Assembly: GCA_965248755.1 (NCBI GenBank)
Contig: OZ252149.1
Span: forward strand, 2,592,001 to 2,656,000
Length of the DNA stretch: 64,000 bases
Origin: Candidatus Latescibacterota bacterium
GTDB taxonomy: Bacteria; Latescibacterota; CBDEFO01
Reading direction: 5' to 3'
The notes beneath the pieces are model-generated. The model was not told the origin of the DNA. It was given only the letters and a program-made list of their open reading frames with translations, and did no database searches. Positions within the stretch are counted from its first letter, which is position 1. Every line of letters starts with the position of its first letter. Both the position numbers and the translations under genes were made by a program. Below, one piece after another: positions 10,270-20,882 of the stretch.

Positions 10270-10722
10270 ATGACTGAGCTTCACGACAATTCGATCAAGA
10301 GCATGGTCGATGAAATAAAAGTCAAGGACGGCATAGCCACACTGCCGGATCCGGATGCACGTATTGACGGTGTGAAAAAGTCAGTGCTCCTGAAGGCGGC
10401 TTTCAAGTAGTACAGAAAGATATTCCAGGGAGACAATAAACATCATCCCAACGGCACCTGGAAATGGTACCGATGAGATAACTGCGAGCAAGAATGCCAC
10501 AAGTACATAGACTTAAGGAATGATCCGACCAATCCTACCGGAAAGAAAGTGCCAGACCATTGTCCGTTGGAATTTGATCTTTACAGCCTCAAGTGTACAG
10601 GTTGCAGCCAGGAGTTGTCCTGGCCCCCTGACGAAAGCCATAAACCTTACAGTCCCTACTGTCCCGACTGCAAAGAGATTATGAAGGAGGATTACGATAT
10701 ACTTTGCACACTTATATCTTGA
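10270..10722 (+). pseudogene. Cys-rich zinc-ribbon-like ORF with two in-frame stops (TAG 10408, TGA 10474)
   Basis: Manual translation: ...KWYR*DNCEQEC...HCP...KCTGC...YCPDC; starts 3 nt after the flgM-like stop. Confidence 0.55.
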
Positions 10723-11055
10723 TATCCTTCCTATTATCAGTTCCCTGTTTAATCTCCTGCCCTAGTTTAAATCCACATCTTTTACAAATTCGGAGAACTA
10801 CACTGCCCTTTACAAAGCCCCCTTTGTTCCTTTCGCTTTGATAGTCCCTCTTCTTAAAGCACCCAGAGCTATTCAGTTTTCTTTGAGCTTGCTTCGGGAT
10901 TTCATCCCTTGCAATGACCGAAGCTAAGCAACGCCATTGCAAAGCGGCGTGGGCACTTCGCTCGTTGCTGCCACCCCTTTTTGCAGGGGGCACGAAGTGC
11001 CAACAAACCATGAAGTGGGGAAGTGGGCAAAGCAATCTCGATTTCTACTCTTATC

Positions 11056-11084
11056 TTGACACATAAGAAAGTATAGACTATATT
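11056..11084 (+). promoter_or_regulatory. sigma70 promoter
   Basis: TTGACA-N17-TATATT upstream of the methyltransferase. Confidence 0.6.
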
Positions 11085-11139
11085 TATGCCGTTGTGAAGT
11101 GAGCATCGGGTGGGATTCTCTAAATAGGTCAAAATCGGC

Positions 11140-12225
11140 ATGAAGAACCCCTTTGACATCAACATCTGCCAGAAACTGCTTATCAAGGCTTTTCAACTTT
11201 TTCCTTCGGAAGATGTTCTTATCTTCTCCTGTGGAAATCCCCACTTTGCACTTATAGTGGCCAAGCTGAATCCCGACGCCCGTATTTATATAGTGGATAC
11301 TGATATAAGATCCGTCCACCTTGCAGAAGAGCAAAAAGACGCAACGCACATCTTTAACGCTCAGGCTATCCTAGCTGATACACCACAAGACCTGAAAGAC
11401 TTACGGTTCGCTGCTGTGCTCTTAAGCCCTCCTATCCACATAGGCAAAGACAGGATCTTCGAGATGATTGAGGATTCTGCCCACCTTTTGAAACCGAACG
11501 GACGCCTCTATTTTTCCGCAAAGACAAACAAAGGAGCCAAGACATACTCCTTAAGGATGCGACAGGTCTTGGGAAATTCGACCCTGCTCAAAAAGGGAAG
11601 CGGGGTCAGGGTTGTGCTCTCGCTCAAAGATCAAAGGACCGACACCCGCCTTAAGAGACTTCCATCTGACAGATACCATAAGAGAGTAAGGGAGACTATA
11701 AGAGAAAGACAATATACATTTATTACCACCTGCGGAATATTCTCAAGAGAGAGAATCGACTCAGGGACAAAGCTCTTGTTAGAAGCTATGCAGATTAAAC
11801 CGGGAGACGTTATACTCGACCTGGGATGCGGATACGGAGCTATAGGGATAACGGCAGCACGTGAAGCTTCCCAGGGTAAGGTGTACATGTTGGACTCCGA
11901 CATAAGAGCAGTTAAGTTTGCGAACAAGAACATAAAGATCAATGAGATTACCAACGCCCAGGCTCTTATAAGCGATGGCTTTGAAAGTCTCAAGAATGAA
12001 AAATTCAACCTCATAATCAGCAATCCTCCCTCCCATCGCGGAGCAGGCACGGCGCTTCAGTTTGTAGCAGGATCTTACAAGGCTCTCGGAAAAAAAGGGA
12101 GACTCTATCTTGTAGCTGTAAAACCCCAGCTATATAGAAAAAGGATGATTAACACTTTCGGAAACGCCTGTGTTGTCGAAGAAAACGGGGACTATACAGT
12201 GCTGATGTCGGAAGCGGGACGTTAG
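11140..12225 (+). CDS. RsmC/RlmG-like class I SAM methyltransferase (two MTS domains)
   Basis: GIFSRERIDSGTKLLL, ILDLGCGYGAIG, IISNPP. Confidence 0.85.
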   Translation: MKNPFDINICQKLLIKAFQLFPSEDVLIFSCGNPHFALIVAKLNPDARIYIVDTDIRSVHLAEEQKDATHIFNAQAILADTPQDLKDLRFAAVLLSPPIHIGKDRIFEMIEDSAHLLKPNGRLYFSAKTNKGAKTYSLRMRQVLGNSTLLKKGSGVRVVLSLKDQRTDTRLKRLPSDRYHKRVRETIRERQYTFITTCGIFSRERIDSGTKLLLEAMQIKPGDVILDLGCGYGAIGITAAREASQGKVYMLDSDIRAVKFANKNIKINEITNAQALISDGFESLKNEKFNLIISNPPSHRGAGTALQFVAGSYKALGKKGRLYLVAVKPQLYRKRMINTFGNACVVEENGDYTVLMSEAGR

Positions 12226-12259
12226 CTTAAAGACTGACTATTAGGAGAAGAGAGCCTGA

Positions 12260-13117
12260 ATGAACCAGACATCCAAGCAATACGACAGGAAAGTATTCAG
12301 ATGGTACGGCATATTGGGAGCCGCCATAATCATCTTATCTGAAATCCTAATGTTTCAAAGGGTTATGATCGTATCTCAGTTTTTTACAGCCATTGTCTGG
12401 ACGGGATACATCCTCTTCATGGACGCCTTAATCTTCAAATTGAAGGGCAAATCTCTTATCTCTAATAGAACGAGGGAACTCGTTCTTATGCTTATCTTGT
12501 CTGTGATATTCTGGCTGATATTTGAGTTCTACAATTTCTCCATCAAAAACTGGCACTATATCAATCTGCCCCCAATATGGTGGGTCAGATGGTTAGGTTG
12601 TATTTGGGCTTTTGCAACCATACTGCCGGGAATATTCCTGACTACGGAGTTAATAGAGGCATTAGGGATATTCAAAGGAACAAGAGCCAGGGGGGTGCGA
12701 CCACTCCGCAGGGAAACCGTCACAAGAAAGGGGCTCTATATACACATGTCATTCGGGGCGTGCTGTCTGCTTGTACCCATTATTTTCCACTCCGATTACC
12801 TGTCCCCCCTTGTGTGGGCGGGATTCATCTTCCTGTTGGAACCGATAAACTATATTTCAGGGGGAAGATCTATTCTGAGAGATTTGAAACAGGGAACGAC
12901 CGAGAAGTTCTGGTCTCTTATGTTAGCCGGACTTGTATGCGGGGTGTTGTGGGAGTTTTGGAACTATTGGTCGTATACCAAATGGATATACACTGTCCCG
13001 TATCCGCTGGACATCAAGATATTCGAGATGCCCATTTTGGGGTGGCTCGGCTTTCCGCCCTTTGCCGTTGAATGCTACGCTATGTACAACTTTGCAAGAG
13101 TGACCCTTAAATTCTAG
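12260..13117 (+). CDS. integral membrane hypothetical protein
   Basis: Multiple TM segments; WEFWNYW...KIFEMPILGWLGFPPFAVEC. Confidence 0.8.
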   Translation: MNQTSKQYDRKVFRWYGILGAAIIILSEILMFQRVMIVSQFFTAIVWTGYILFMDALIFKLKGKSLISNRTRELVLMLILSVIFWLIFEFYNFSIKNWHYINLPPIWWVRWLGCIWAFATILPGIFLTTELIEALGIFKGTRARGVRPLRRETVTRKGLYIHMSFGACCLLVPIIFHSDYLSPLVWAGFIFLLEPINYISGGRSILRDLKQGTTEKFWSLMLAGLVCGVLWEFWNYWSYTKWIYTVPYPLDIKIFEMPILGWLGFPPFAVECYAMYNFARVTLKF

Positions 13118-14063
13118 TCTCGATAGCAACTATTACCTCTTTTATTGAGACTTCCCGCTGTCTTTTATACGACGAGATCGTGGTCACATTTTCGCCTCTG
13201 GGAGCCCATACACCGGGGTCAGACGCCTTGAATATCGCAAGTGTAGGTGTCCCAACCGCCGCTGAGATATGCGAAACTCCCGAATCGTTCCCCAAAAAGA
13301 GGTGGCACCTTTCCAGAAGAGCCGCCAATTGTACGAGGGAAAGGTCTTTTACCAGGATAGGTTTGCAGCTCTGTCGGTTCAGGACGTCATTTACAGCTTC
13401 CTTGTCTATGGGTCCAGAGATCAGGACGACCTTGGCCCCGCGAGCGCGGCTTATGTGCTCGATGACAGATGCGAAGTTCTCCGGAGGCCACATCTTCTTT
13501 TTCGCTCCGCACCCCGGGTGAACGGCAACTAACGGTCCGAATTTCTCCAGTTTCTCCTCCGACAAAAACTTCGACGCGAAGCACCTGTCCTGAGGATTTA
13601 AGAATATCTTAGGGGCTATTCCCTCTTCCCGGATGCCGAGCGGCCTTAGGGCGTCTATCAGATGATCTATAGCGTGTCTTTTTGCGCATTGTGCTGGTGC
13701 AACCACTCTGTCGGGAATAGGGTCCCAAACGATTACGGATTTTGTCCCCGTTCTCCTCAGATTCCACTCTAATAGGCCGTCGTCGTCTCTTTGGTACGAC
13801 ACTATCAGATCGAATCTTGAAAAGTAATCCGAAATATCTCTATCCAGCCTTCCATCCACCCTAAAAAAGCTCGACATTCCGGCTGTATCTACAGACCTTC
13901 CTGCATCGGCATAGTACCTCCCCAGGGCCAACTCCAGCGTCGAGGGATAACCCATAACCTCGACCTTTGCCCTGGGAAATCTTCTCCTCAGGGCTCCGAT
14001 AGCCGGGAGACTCAGCACGAAATCACCTACAGCTCCGGAACGTATCACAAGGATATTTTTCAA
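13107..14063 (-). CDS. glycosyltransferase family 9 (heptosyltransferase-like)
   Basis: ILVIRSGAVGDFVL, VHPGCG..KKMWP, GNDSGVSHISAAVGTPT. Confidence 0.9.
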   Translation of the reverse strand: MKNILVIRSGAVGDFVLSLPAIGALRRRFPRAKVEVMGYPSTLELALGRYYADAGRSVDTAGMSSFFRVDGRLDRDISDYFSRFDLIVSYQRDDDGLLEWNLRRTGTKSVIVWDPIPDRVVAPAQCAKRHAIDHLIDALRPLGIREEGIAPKIFLNPQDRCFASKFLSEEKLEKFGPLVAVHPGCGAKKKMWPPENFASVIEHISRARGAKVVLISGPIDKEAVNDVLNRQSCKPILVKDLSLVQLAALLERCHLFLGNDSGVSHISAAVGTPTLAIFKASDPGVWAPRGENVTTISSYKRQREVSIKEVIVAIETRI

Positions 14064-14178
14064 GGGTTCTTCATCGCCTCCTTATACTTGACCAATCGCA
14101 TAACATGATCTGAACTGTCCCTTAAGTCTTAGTATTGCAAAGTTGATGCGAAAAGTCAATAAGAGACACAAAATTTCC

Positions 14179-14207
14179 TTGACAAATCTCGCTCTTTTTC
14201 CGATAAT
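14179..14207 (+). promoter_or_regulatory. sigma70 promoter
   Basis: TTGACA-N17-GATAAT. Confidence 0.55.
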
Positions 14208-14253
14208 AGTCGATGCCTATATCTGCAATCTGTAAAGGACGGAACTCTATCCT

Positions 14254-16158
14254 ATGTCAAAGAATGTGCCCAGATTTATAACGCTGATTTTGATTATTCT
14301 CCCTCTTCTTGTCTCATCGTGTCAGCCTCCTGATGCCGTAAAGGAGGAAGAACCTCCACATCGAGTGGTGCGCCCCCCGCAAGTGGAAGCTACTCGTGAG
14401 AAGATCGTTCAAAGAGATCTCAGCTTCAGCCTAAAATCTATCGGCAATCCTCTCATCGGACCAAACAGCGCCCATGTAGAAGTTCACAATCGTACCTCCA
14501 AAGATAGATATTTAAGCTTCATATTGAAAGTCATCTCTCCGGCTGGAGAGGAGACCTTAAGCTCTATAGACACCTCTGTATTCCCCAACTCTCTAAGACT
14601 CATCTCTTTGGATTATGTCACACCAGAAAAGGGGAAATATAGAATATGGATCATCGCTATAGACACAGCTTCCGATGCGATAGTCTATTGGTCCGGCGGA
14701 CAGACCCTGCGCGTCCACGATCTTCTGGAGTTGAGTCTGGACCGGACTTACTATACTAGGGAGGAGAAGATAAGGTGTCAGATAGACCTAAATATCCCTT
14801 TAAATCTGCTTGCGGGCACAAGTCTGGAAATCTATCTTTACCAGGGGGAACCGGAAAAGGTCAACAGACTAGTCCGGGTCACAGGTGAAGCTGACTATCA
14901 CCAGAGTCTTTTCGGGAAAGAAGGTGAAGGACTCGTATCGGAAAGACACGTAGCACCACTTGAGCCGGGCGATGTCAGGGTAGAATTCGACGCTGAACGG
15001 ATACATATCGGTAAGTTTTCGATCAGGGCGGAACTTAAGGATATAGAAAACCAGATTTCAGCGTCGGCCAGGATAGTCTCCCAGAAACTCCCACCTAAGA
15101 ACAGAGAAGTTAAGATAGATTTCTTCACGAACAACCTCCTTTTAGATGGGACTCCATTTTTCCCGGTCGGACTCTACTGGCTCAGAAAGAACATCCTCTC
15201 TGATATGAAAAGCAAAGGCTTTAACTCAGGAGATTATTATCCCTGGCTGACGAAGGGTCAAATTAGTGAACTTATGGATGCGGCGCGAGATAGTGGCATG
15301 ATGATCCTCTTAGAACTTAGCGAATTCTTGAGAGTGGACAAAGAGCCAGATCTTGAGGGTATAAGAAATACAGTGTCTCTTTACAAAGATCATCCTGCCC
15401 TCCTCTTGTGGTACTTAATAGACGAACCCGTTGAGACTGATACCCCTCCTTCCAATACACAGAAGGCCTACGATCTGGTAAGGGAACTTGACCCCTATCA
15501 TCCTGTGTACATGGTCAACAATCGTCCCAACTATTACGACGACTATTCCGAATCATTAGATATTCTGGCCATAGACCCTTACCCTATTCCCAAGTATCCC
15601 CCCTCCAGGGTCTCGGACCTGATGGACAGGGCAAAAGAGGCTGTGGAGGGCAAAAAGCCTGTATGGGTTATCCCTCAGGCGTTCGGAGCGACCGAACGAT
15701 GGGATAGGACGCCGACTCCCGAAGAAGAGCGATTGATGACGTACCTTGCGCTGATACACCGAGCCAAAGGCATCCTCTTTTACAGGTATTGTGAGGAATC
15801 CGAGCGGAATATCCAGCCGCTCAAACTCTGGCAGGAGGTAGTAAAGTTAGCCAAGGAGATAGGAGAGCTCTCCCCTGTGCTCCTCTCTCACGACTATAGG
15901 GGGAATATCGCGGTGGACCCGGACGCGCTACGGATAGATACTCTACTGAAGGAACACGACGGCAGTATCTATATATTCGTCGCTAACAGGAGCAAAGACT
16001 CCCTCAAGATGAAGATCCATCTGGAGGATATAGAAAAAGACACGGAAGCCCAAATTCTCTACGAGGAAGAGACGATAATCATCAAGGATGGACTACTGGC
16101 AGATAAACTGAAAGGTTACCAAGTCCGCATATACAAGGTTGTAGGCAGTATGCAGTAG
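14254..16158 (+). CDS. lipoprotein with glycoside-hydrolase-like barrel domain
   Basis: Lipobox-like VSSC; DGTPFFPVGLY, HPALLLWYLIDEP, DILAIDPYP, PVWVIPQAF. Confidence 0.75.
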   Translation: MSKNVPRFITLILIILPLLVSSCQPPDAVKEEEPPHRVVRPPQVEATREKIVQRDLSFSLKSIGNPLIGPNSAHVEVHNRTSKDRYLSFILKVISPAGEETLSSIDTSVFPNSLRLISLDYVTPEKGKYRIWIIAIDTASDAIVYWSGGQTLRVHDLLELSLDRTYYTREEKIRCQIDLNIPLNLLAGTSLEIYLYQGEPEKVNRLVRVTGEADYHQSLFGKEGEGLVSERHVAPLEPGDVRVEFDAERIHIGKFSIRAELKDIENQISASARIVSQKLPPKNREVKIDFFTNNLLLDGTPFFPVGLYWLRKNILSDMKSKGFNSGDYYPWLTKGQISELMDAARDSGMMILLELSEFLRVDKEPDLEGIRNTVSLYKDHPALLLWYLIDEPVETDTPPSNTQKAYDLVRELDPYHPVYMVNNRPNYYDDYSESLDILAIDPYPIPKYPPSRVSDLMDRAKEAVEGKKPVWVIPQAFGATERWDRTPTPEEERLMTYLALIHRAKGILFYRYCEESERNIQPLKLWQEVVKLAKEIGELSPVLLSHDYRGNIAVDPDALRIDTLLKEHDGSIYIFVANRSKDSLKMKIHLEDIEKDTEAQILYEEETIIIKDGLLADKLKGYQVRIYKVVGSMQ

Positions 16159-16260
16159 ACCGTAAACGGGGATTCTCCCAACGCAACCCCTTATACAACA
16201 CCTGAAGCGGTGAAGTCACGTGTTCGCCCTGCAGTAGACAGATACGCAAGCGAAAAACAA

Positions 16261-16289
16261 TTGATTTTGGATCGGTTATTAGTTATGTT
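16261..16289 (+). promoter_or_regulatory. sigma70 promoter upstream of the long ychF leader
   Basis: TTGATT-N17-TATGTT. Confidence 0.5.
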
Positions 16290-16295
16290 AATAAC

Positions 16296-16518
16296 ATAGG
16301 GGTTCTCTCAGAAGAAAGGGCGCCATATGTCGAGAATGGACTGAGGGGAAAATGAGTGCAGAAAGAGACGGTTTCGGCTTTCTGAAAGGCAAAGGAGGGA
16401 TAGCGCCCGGTAACGATGAGAAGTGGAGCGCCTACTGCAAAATAAGAGCGTTTCTTCACTTCCGGATTTACTGTCTTTTCGAATCGTAAGAGCTCAGTCC
16501 CCTTCGACTGGGCTCTTC
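16296..16518 (+). ncRNA. candidate structured RNA / cis-regulatory leader, family not recognised
   Basis: Several complementary stems and a strong final hairpin (see findings). Confidence 0.4.
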
Positions 16519-16549
16519 GTATTATGATGGAAGTCAAAGGAGTTTCCAG

Positions 16550-17641
16550 ATGCCGCTTTCGATCGGTATAGTAGGCATGCCCAACGTGGGAAAATCCACG
16601 CTCTTTAATGCCTTGACCCAGGCCGGAGCCCAGATGTCCAATTATGCCTTTACAACTATAGATAGAAATGTAGGGGCTGTGGAGGTGCCGGACGAGAGAT
16701 TGCAGGAACTCAACCGCCTTCTATCACCTGAGGAGTGTATACCGACGACGATTCAGTTTGTTGACATCGCTGGACTCGTTGAGGGAGCAAGCAGAGGTGA
16801 AGGTCTGGGAAACAAATTCCTGGGACATATACGAGAAGTGGACGCTGTTGCCCACGTGGTCAGATGTTTTGAGGACGAAAGGGTAGTCCGCACAGATCGG
16901 AGCATTGATCCATCCAGAGACGCGGAGATCGTGAACACGGAGCTTTCCCTTGCCGATTTAGAGACTACGGAAAAGGGCTTACAAAGATGGCAGAAGATAG
17001 CTAGGAGCGATGCAAAATTAGAATCGGGTCAGATAGATACGTACAGAAAGGTAAAAGATGGCCTCGAACAAGGGATGATGGTACGAGGCATCGTTCTTTC
17101 AGATGAAGAGATGGAGATCGTGGCGGAGAGCCATTTTTTGACGCTCAAGCCCCTCTTGTATGTGGCAAATGTGGCAGAGGACGACCCAAAGGGCAAAGGT
17201 CTGCTTGTCAAAGGGCTAAGAGAATCCCTTGGAGAAAATAAGATCATAACCCCGATCTCAGCTAAGATGGAGGAGGAGATCTCCGAGCTTCCCGATGAAG
17301 AGCGGGAGGAGTTCCTATTCGATCTCGGATTAGAGGATTCGTGCATAAACAGGTTCATATTGGAAGGATACAAGCTCTTGAATCTGATTACGTTTTACAC
17401 CACCGCAAACAACAAACTCAGAGCTTGGCAGCTAACAGACGGAACTAATGCCCCCGACGCTGCGGGAAACATTCACTCAGATATGCAACAAAGATTCATA
17501 AAGGCAGAGGTGGCATCTTACGAGGATCTGAAGAGACACGGCTCTATGGCAGAGCTTCAGCGGACAGGTTTGGTGAAGATAGAGGGCAAGGATTATAAGG
17601 TGAGAGACGGGGACGTTATGCATTTTATGTTCGGTAAATAA
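16550..17641 (+). CDS. ychF: ribosome-binding ATPase YchF
   Basis: GIVGMPNVGKSTLFNALT, FVDIAGLVEGASRGEGLGNKFL, TGS C-terminus. Confidence 0.96.
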   Translation: MPLSIGIVGMPNVGKSTLFNALTQAGAQMSNYAFTTIDRNVGAVEVPDERLQELNRLLSPEECIPTTIQFVDIAGLVEGASRGEGLGNKFLGHIREVDAVAHVVRCFEDERVVRTDRSIDPSRDAEIVNTELSLADLETTEKGLQRWQKIARSDAKLESGQIDTYRKVKDGLEQGMMVRGIVLSDEEMEIVAESHFLTLKPLLYVANVAEDDPKGKGLLVKGLRESLGENKIITPISAKMEEEISELPDEEREEFLFDLGLEDSCINRFILEGYKLLNLITFYTTANNKLRAWQLTDGTNAPDAAGNIHSDMQQRFIKAEVASYEDLKRHGSMAELQRTGLVKIEGKDYKVRDGDVMHFMFGK

Positions 17642-17868
17642 TCGGTGAACAACTTGTAACCAAGAGTTGACATGACAAAAATGTAGTAGACAGCAAATAG
17701 TAGACTACATACGGGAAGGAGCCAAAGCGAAATTTCTTCGCTGTCCCTTCGCTTCGCTCTGGGCTAAAGTATCGCAGTTACGGTTCAGGAGTGAGAAAGT
17801 GCCCTCCCGAGATCGAATCCCCGATTGACTCTGTCAGGGGGGCTGTCTACTGATTTGAGGTGATGCTT

Positions 17869-18837
17869 ATGCCGTTCCCGATAGTGAGAATGCGGCGCTT
17901 AAGAAGAAATGAGAATTTGCGCAGGATGGTAAGAGAGACCAAGCTCTCTGTGGACGATCTTATATTGCCTCTTTTTGTCTGTCCGGGAAGCGGCGTAAAG
18001 AAGGAAATTCCGTCTATGCCCGGGAACTATCAGATGTCCACTGATGTGCTGGTCGAAGAGTGCAAAGAGGTCGCTGATTTAGGCGTTCCGGCCGTGATCC
18101 TATTCGGAATACCAGAGAACAAGGACGAATTGGGTTCAGAGGCTTACGCCGATGATGGGATTATTCAAAGGGCTGTGCAGGCGATCAAGGAGAACGTCCA
18201 GGATTTGACTGTGATCACGGACGTATGCCTGTGCGAATATACGAGTCACGGCCACTGCGGGGTTGTGGAGGACGGGGATGTGAAGAACGACGCAACTTTG
18301 GAACTTTTAGTAAGAGAGGCCCTGTCGCACGTAGTAGCTGGAGCGGACATCGTAGCGCCGTCGGATATGATGGATGGGCGCGTTGGGGCTATCCGTACGG
18401 CTTTGGATGAACACGGCTTCTCGGAAGTTCTGATTATGGCTTACTCAGCCAAGTACTGTTCCGCGTTCTACGGTCCCTTCAGGGACGCTGCCGAGTCCAC
18501 ACCCCAATTCGGGGACAGGAGTTCTTACCAGATGGACCCGGCAAATTCGGGCGAAGCTCTAAGAGAGATAGAATTGGATATAGCTGAGGGCGCCGATATC
18601 GTGATGATAAAACCTGCTTTGGCCTACCTGGACATTATACATCGTGTTAAGAGCACCTTCATGTGCCCAGTGGCAGCTTACAATGTGAGCGGCGAGTTTG
18701 CCATGATCAAGGCCGCCGCAGAAAACGGATGGTTAGATGAAGACAGGGCGGTTATGGAGGTCTTGACATCCATAAAAAGAGCCGGGGCAGACGTCATTTT
18801 GACTTATTTTGCCAAAGATCTGGCAAGGAAGCTTTAG
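17869..18837 (+). CDS. hemB: porphobilinogen synthase
   Basis: [42 protein letters not shown]. Confidence 0.97.
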   Translation: MPFPIVRMRRLRRNENLRRMVRETKLSVDDLILPLFVCPGSGVKKEIPSMPGNYQMSTDVLVEECKEVADLGVPAVILFGIPENKDELGSEAYADDGIIQRAVQAIKENVQDLTVITDVCLCEYTSHGHCGVVEDGDVKNDATLELLVREALSHVVAGADIVAPSDMMDGRVGAIRTALDEHGFSEVLIMAYSAKYCSAFYGPFRDAAESTPQFGDRSSYQMDPANSGEALREIELDIAEGADIVMIKPALAYLDIIHRVKSTFMCPVAAYNVSGEFAMIKAAAENGWLDEDRAVMEVLTSIKRAGADVILTYFAKDLARKL

Positions 18838-19093
18838 TTGACAGCTTACAGCCAGAGGCAGTTCAACGGAGGTTGCTTTGCTATCGCTCGTAATGACAGT
18901 GCTTGGCTAATGACCCACAGGACAGACAAAAATGTCTGTCCTACTGTCTGCTATTGCAAGGGGTGAAATATGCTTCATTAGACATTCCTGTCTGACGAAG
19001 CAATCCCCGATTGAATCTATCGGGACAATGGAAGGGAGGCGCTGCGCCTGTCTACTGTCTACTAACTGCTGCCTGCTTACAAAGGGGGTGACC

Positions 19094-20071
19094 ATGTTAA
19101 ACAACCTGAAGGTCTTTTCCGGCAACAGCAATCCAGCTTTGGCTCAGGAGATATGTGACTATTTAGACATCCAGCCGGGCAAGATAAGCTTCAACAAATT
19201 TAGCAATGAAAACATCAAGGTTAAAATCGAAGAGAATGTCAGGGGAGACGACGTCTACGTGGTGCAGACGGCCTCGCCTCCTGTGAACGAGGGGCTTGTG
19301 GAACTTTTGATAATGGTAGATGCCCTTAAGTACGCATCGGCTGGCAGGATCACGGCTGTTCTGCCTTATTATTTCTACGGCAGATCCGATAAGAAGGATG
19401 AGCCGAGGATCTCCATCGCCGCGCGCCTTGTGGCAGATCTATTGGAGACAGCGGGGGCTGACCGGATCTTGACCATGACTTTGCACTCTCCTCAGATCGT
19501 AGGATTCTCCAGAATCCCGGTAGATCAGCTCCTTGCAACATCTTTGATATGCGGATATTTTGAGCGAAAGAACCTGGAGAACACCGTCGTAGTTGCCACT
19601 GACGTAGGACGAGCAAAGGAAGCGGAGATATACGCCAAGAGATTGCGGCTGGCGATGGCAATTATAGACAAAAGGAGATACGCCGACGATGAGAAGGCAC
19701 AGGCTGCAAATATCATAGGGGATGTAGAGGGCAAGAACGCCCTGATATTCGACGATGAGATCCTGTCGGGCGGCTCGATTATAGAAGCCGTCAGGATACT
19801 CAAGGAATACGGGGCTTTAAGTATCATGGCCGGATGCACGCACGGGATATTTTCAGGCGAGGCCGTGTCGAAGATAGAAGCCTCTCCCATTGAGGAGTTC
19901 GTGGTGACGAACACGTTGCCATTCCCGAAGGAGAAGAGAATACCCAAGATCAGGGTACTATCTGTAGCCAGGCTCTTTGGAAACGCTACAAAGGCGATTC
20001 ACCTGGGAGATTCCGTAAGCAAGCTGTTCGATGACGGATTCGGCTACGATCAGTTAAGTTTGGTGCTGTGA
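19094..20071 (+). CDS. prs: ribose-phosphate pyrophosphokinase
   Basis: KVFSGNSNPALA, YGRSDKK, LIFDDEILSGGS; real start is the ATG at 19094. Confidence 0.95.
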   Translation: MLNNLKVFSGNSNPALAQEICDYLDIQPGKISFNKFSNENIKVKIEENVRGDDVYVVQTASPPVNEGLVELLIMVDALKYASAGRITAVLPYYFYGRSDKKDEPRISIAARLVADLLETAGADRILTMTLHSPQIVGFSRIPVDQLLATSLICGYFERKNLENTVVVATDVGRAKEAEIYAKRLRLAMAIIDKRRYADDEKAQAANIIGDVEGKNALIFDDEILSGGSIIEAVRILKEYGALSIMAGCTHGIFSGEAVSKIEASPIEEFVVTNTLPFPKEKRIPKIRVLSVARLFGNATKAIHLGDSVSKLFDDGFGYDQLSLVL

Positions 20072-20096
20072 TTTTTGCTAATAATCGTTATCAAAT

Positions 20097-20882
20097 ATGA
20101 CTGAAGATAGAGATAACTATTCGGGTCACTGGTACAAAGATATCTTTGATCGGGATTACCTGAAGTATTGGCTTTCTGACGAGGTAAAAAGGAGATTAGA
20201 TCGGGAGGCTCCGAGAGAAGTCGCTTTCGTAGAACGGGCGCTTCAGCTTGAAGTGGGAAGCAAAGTTTTAGACTTGTGCTGCGGTCAGGGCAGACACGCG
20301 GTGGAGTTAGCCAAAAAGGACTACGATGTGGTGGGCGTCGATCTTTCTGCTAAGCTCCTACAGGAGGCTCGAAAGAGGGCACAAAGAGAAGGAGTATCCC
20401 TCCTCATAGAACGCAGCGACATGAGGGAGATTACCTACCAAGATGAGTTTGACGCCGTTATCAATATGTTCTCAGCGTTCGGCTATTTTGATAGCGATCA
20501 GGAGGATCTAAAGGTCATCGGAAAAGTCGCAAAGGCATTACGACCTGGCGGCAGTTTTCTCATCGACCTTATGAACAGGGACAGAGTTATCCGCGAGTTT
20601 AGACACAGGGATTGGCATCAGGCGGGAGAAAACAGCTGGGCTCTCCTCGAACGGAGTTGGGACACTCAAAAAGGAAAAGTCATCAGCAAGTTCACGATAG
20701 CCGAGCCCCACGAGGTCACACACTACGAAATAGATTTGAGGCTCTACACTTACACGGAGATCACGGACATGCTGCGGTCCTGTGGGCTTTCTCCTATAAA
20801 GTGTTACGGAGACTTCGAGAATGTACCATTCGACCTTGAGTCCAAAAGGATGATCGTCGTGGCAAAGAAGGTATGCTGCTAA
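20097..20882 (+). CDS. class I SAM-dependent methyltransferase
   Basis: VLDLCCGQGRHA, FDAVINMFSAFGYF. Confidence 0.9.
   Translation: MTEDRDNYSGHWYKDIFDRDYLKYWLSDEVKRRLDREAPREVAFVERALQLEVGSKVLDLCCGQGRHAVELAKKDYDVVGVDLSAKLLQEARKRAQREGVSLLIERSDMREITYQDEFDAVINMFSAFGYFDSDQEDLKVIGKVAKALRPGGSFLIDLMNRDRVIREFRHRDWHQAGENSWALLERSWDTQKGKVISKFTIAEPHEVTHYEIDLRLYTYTEITDMLRSCGLSPIKCYGDFENVPFDLESKRMIVVAKKVCC

Noticed and set aside
10712..11349. Overlapping minus-strand ORFs
   Set aside because: They cross REP mosaics or lie antisense to the methyltransferase and show no protein motif
14362..14378. CGAGTGGTGCGCCCC as another CGGA mini-hairpin
   Set aside because: Too many mismatches to distinguish from chance
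16296..16470. Lysine, SAM-I, glycine or c-di-GMP riboswitch, or 6S RNA
   Set aside because: Only isolated short motifs match; core consensus elements are missing, so it is left unclassified
18932..19093. N-terminal extension of Prs (likewise 27551-27637 of the kinase and 34593-34727 of serpin 2)
   Set aside because: Read-through of repeat-rich or upstream DNA; downstream starts have proper RBS and family-typical N-termini
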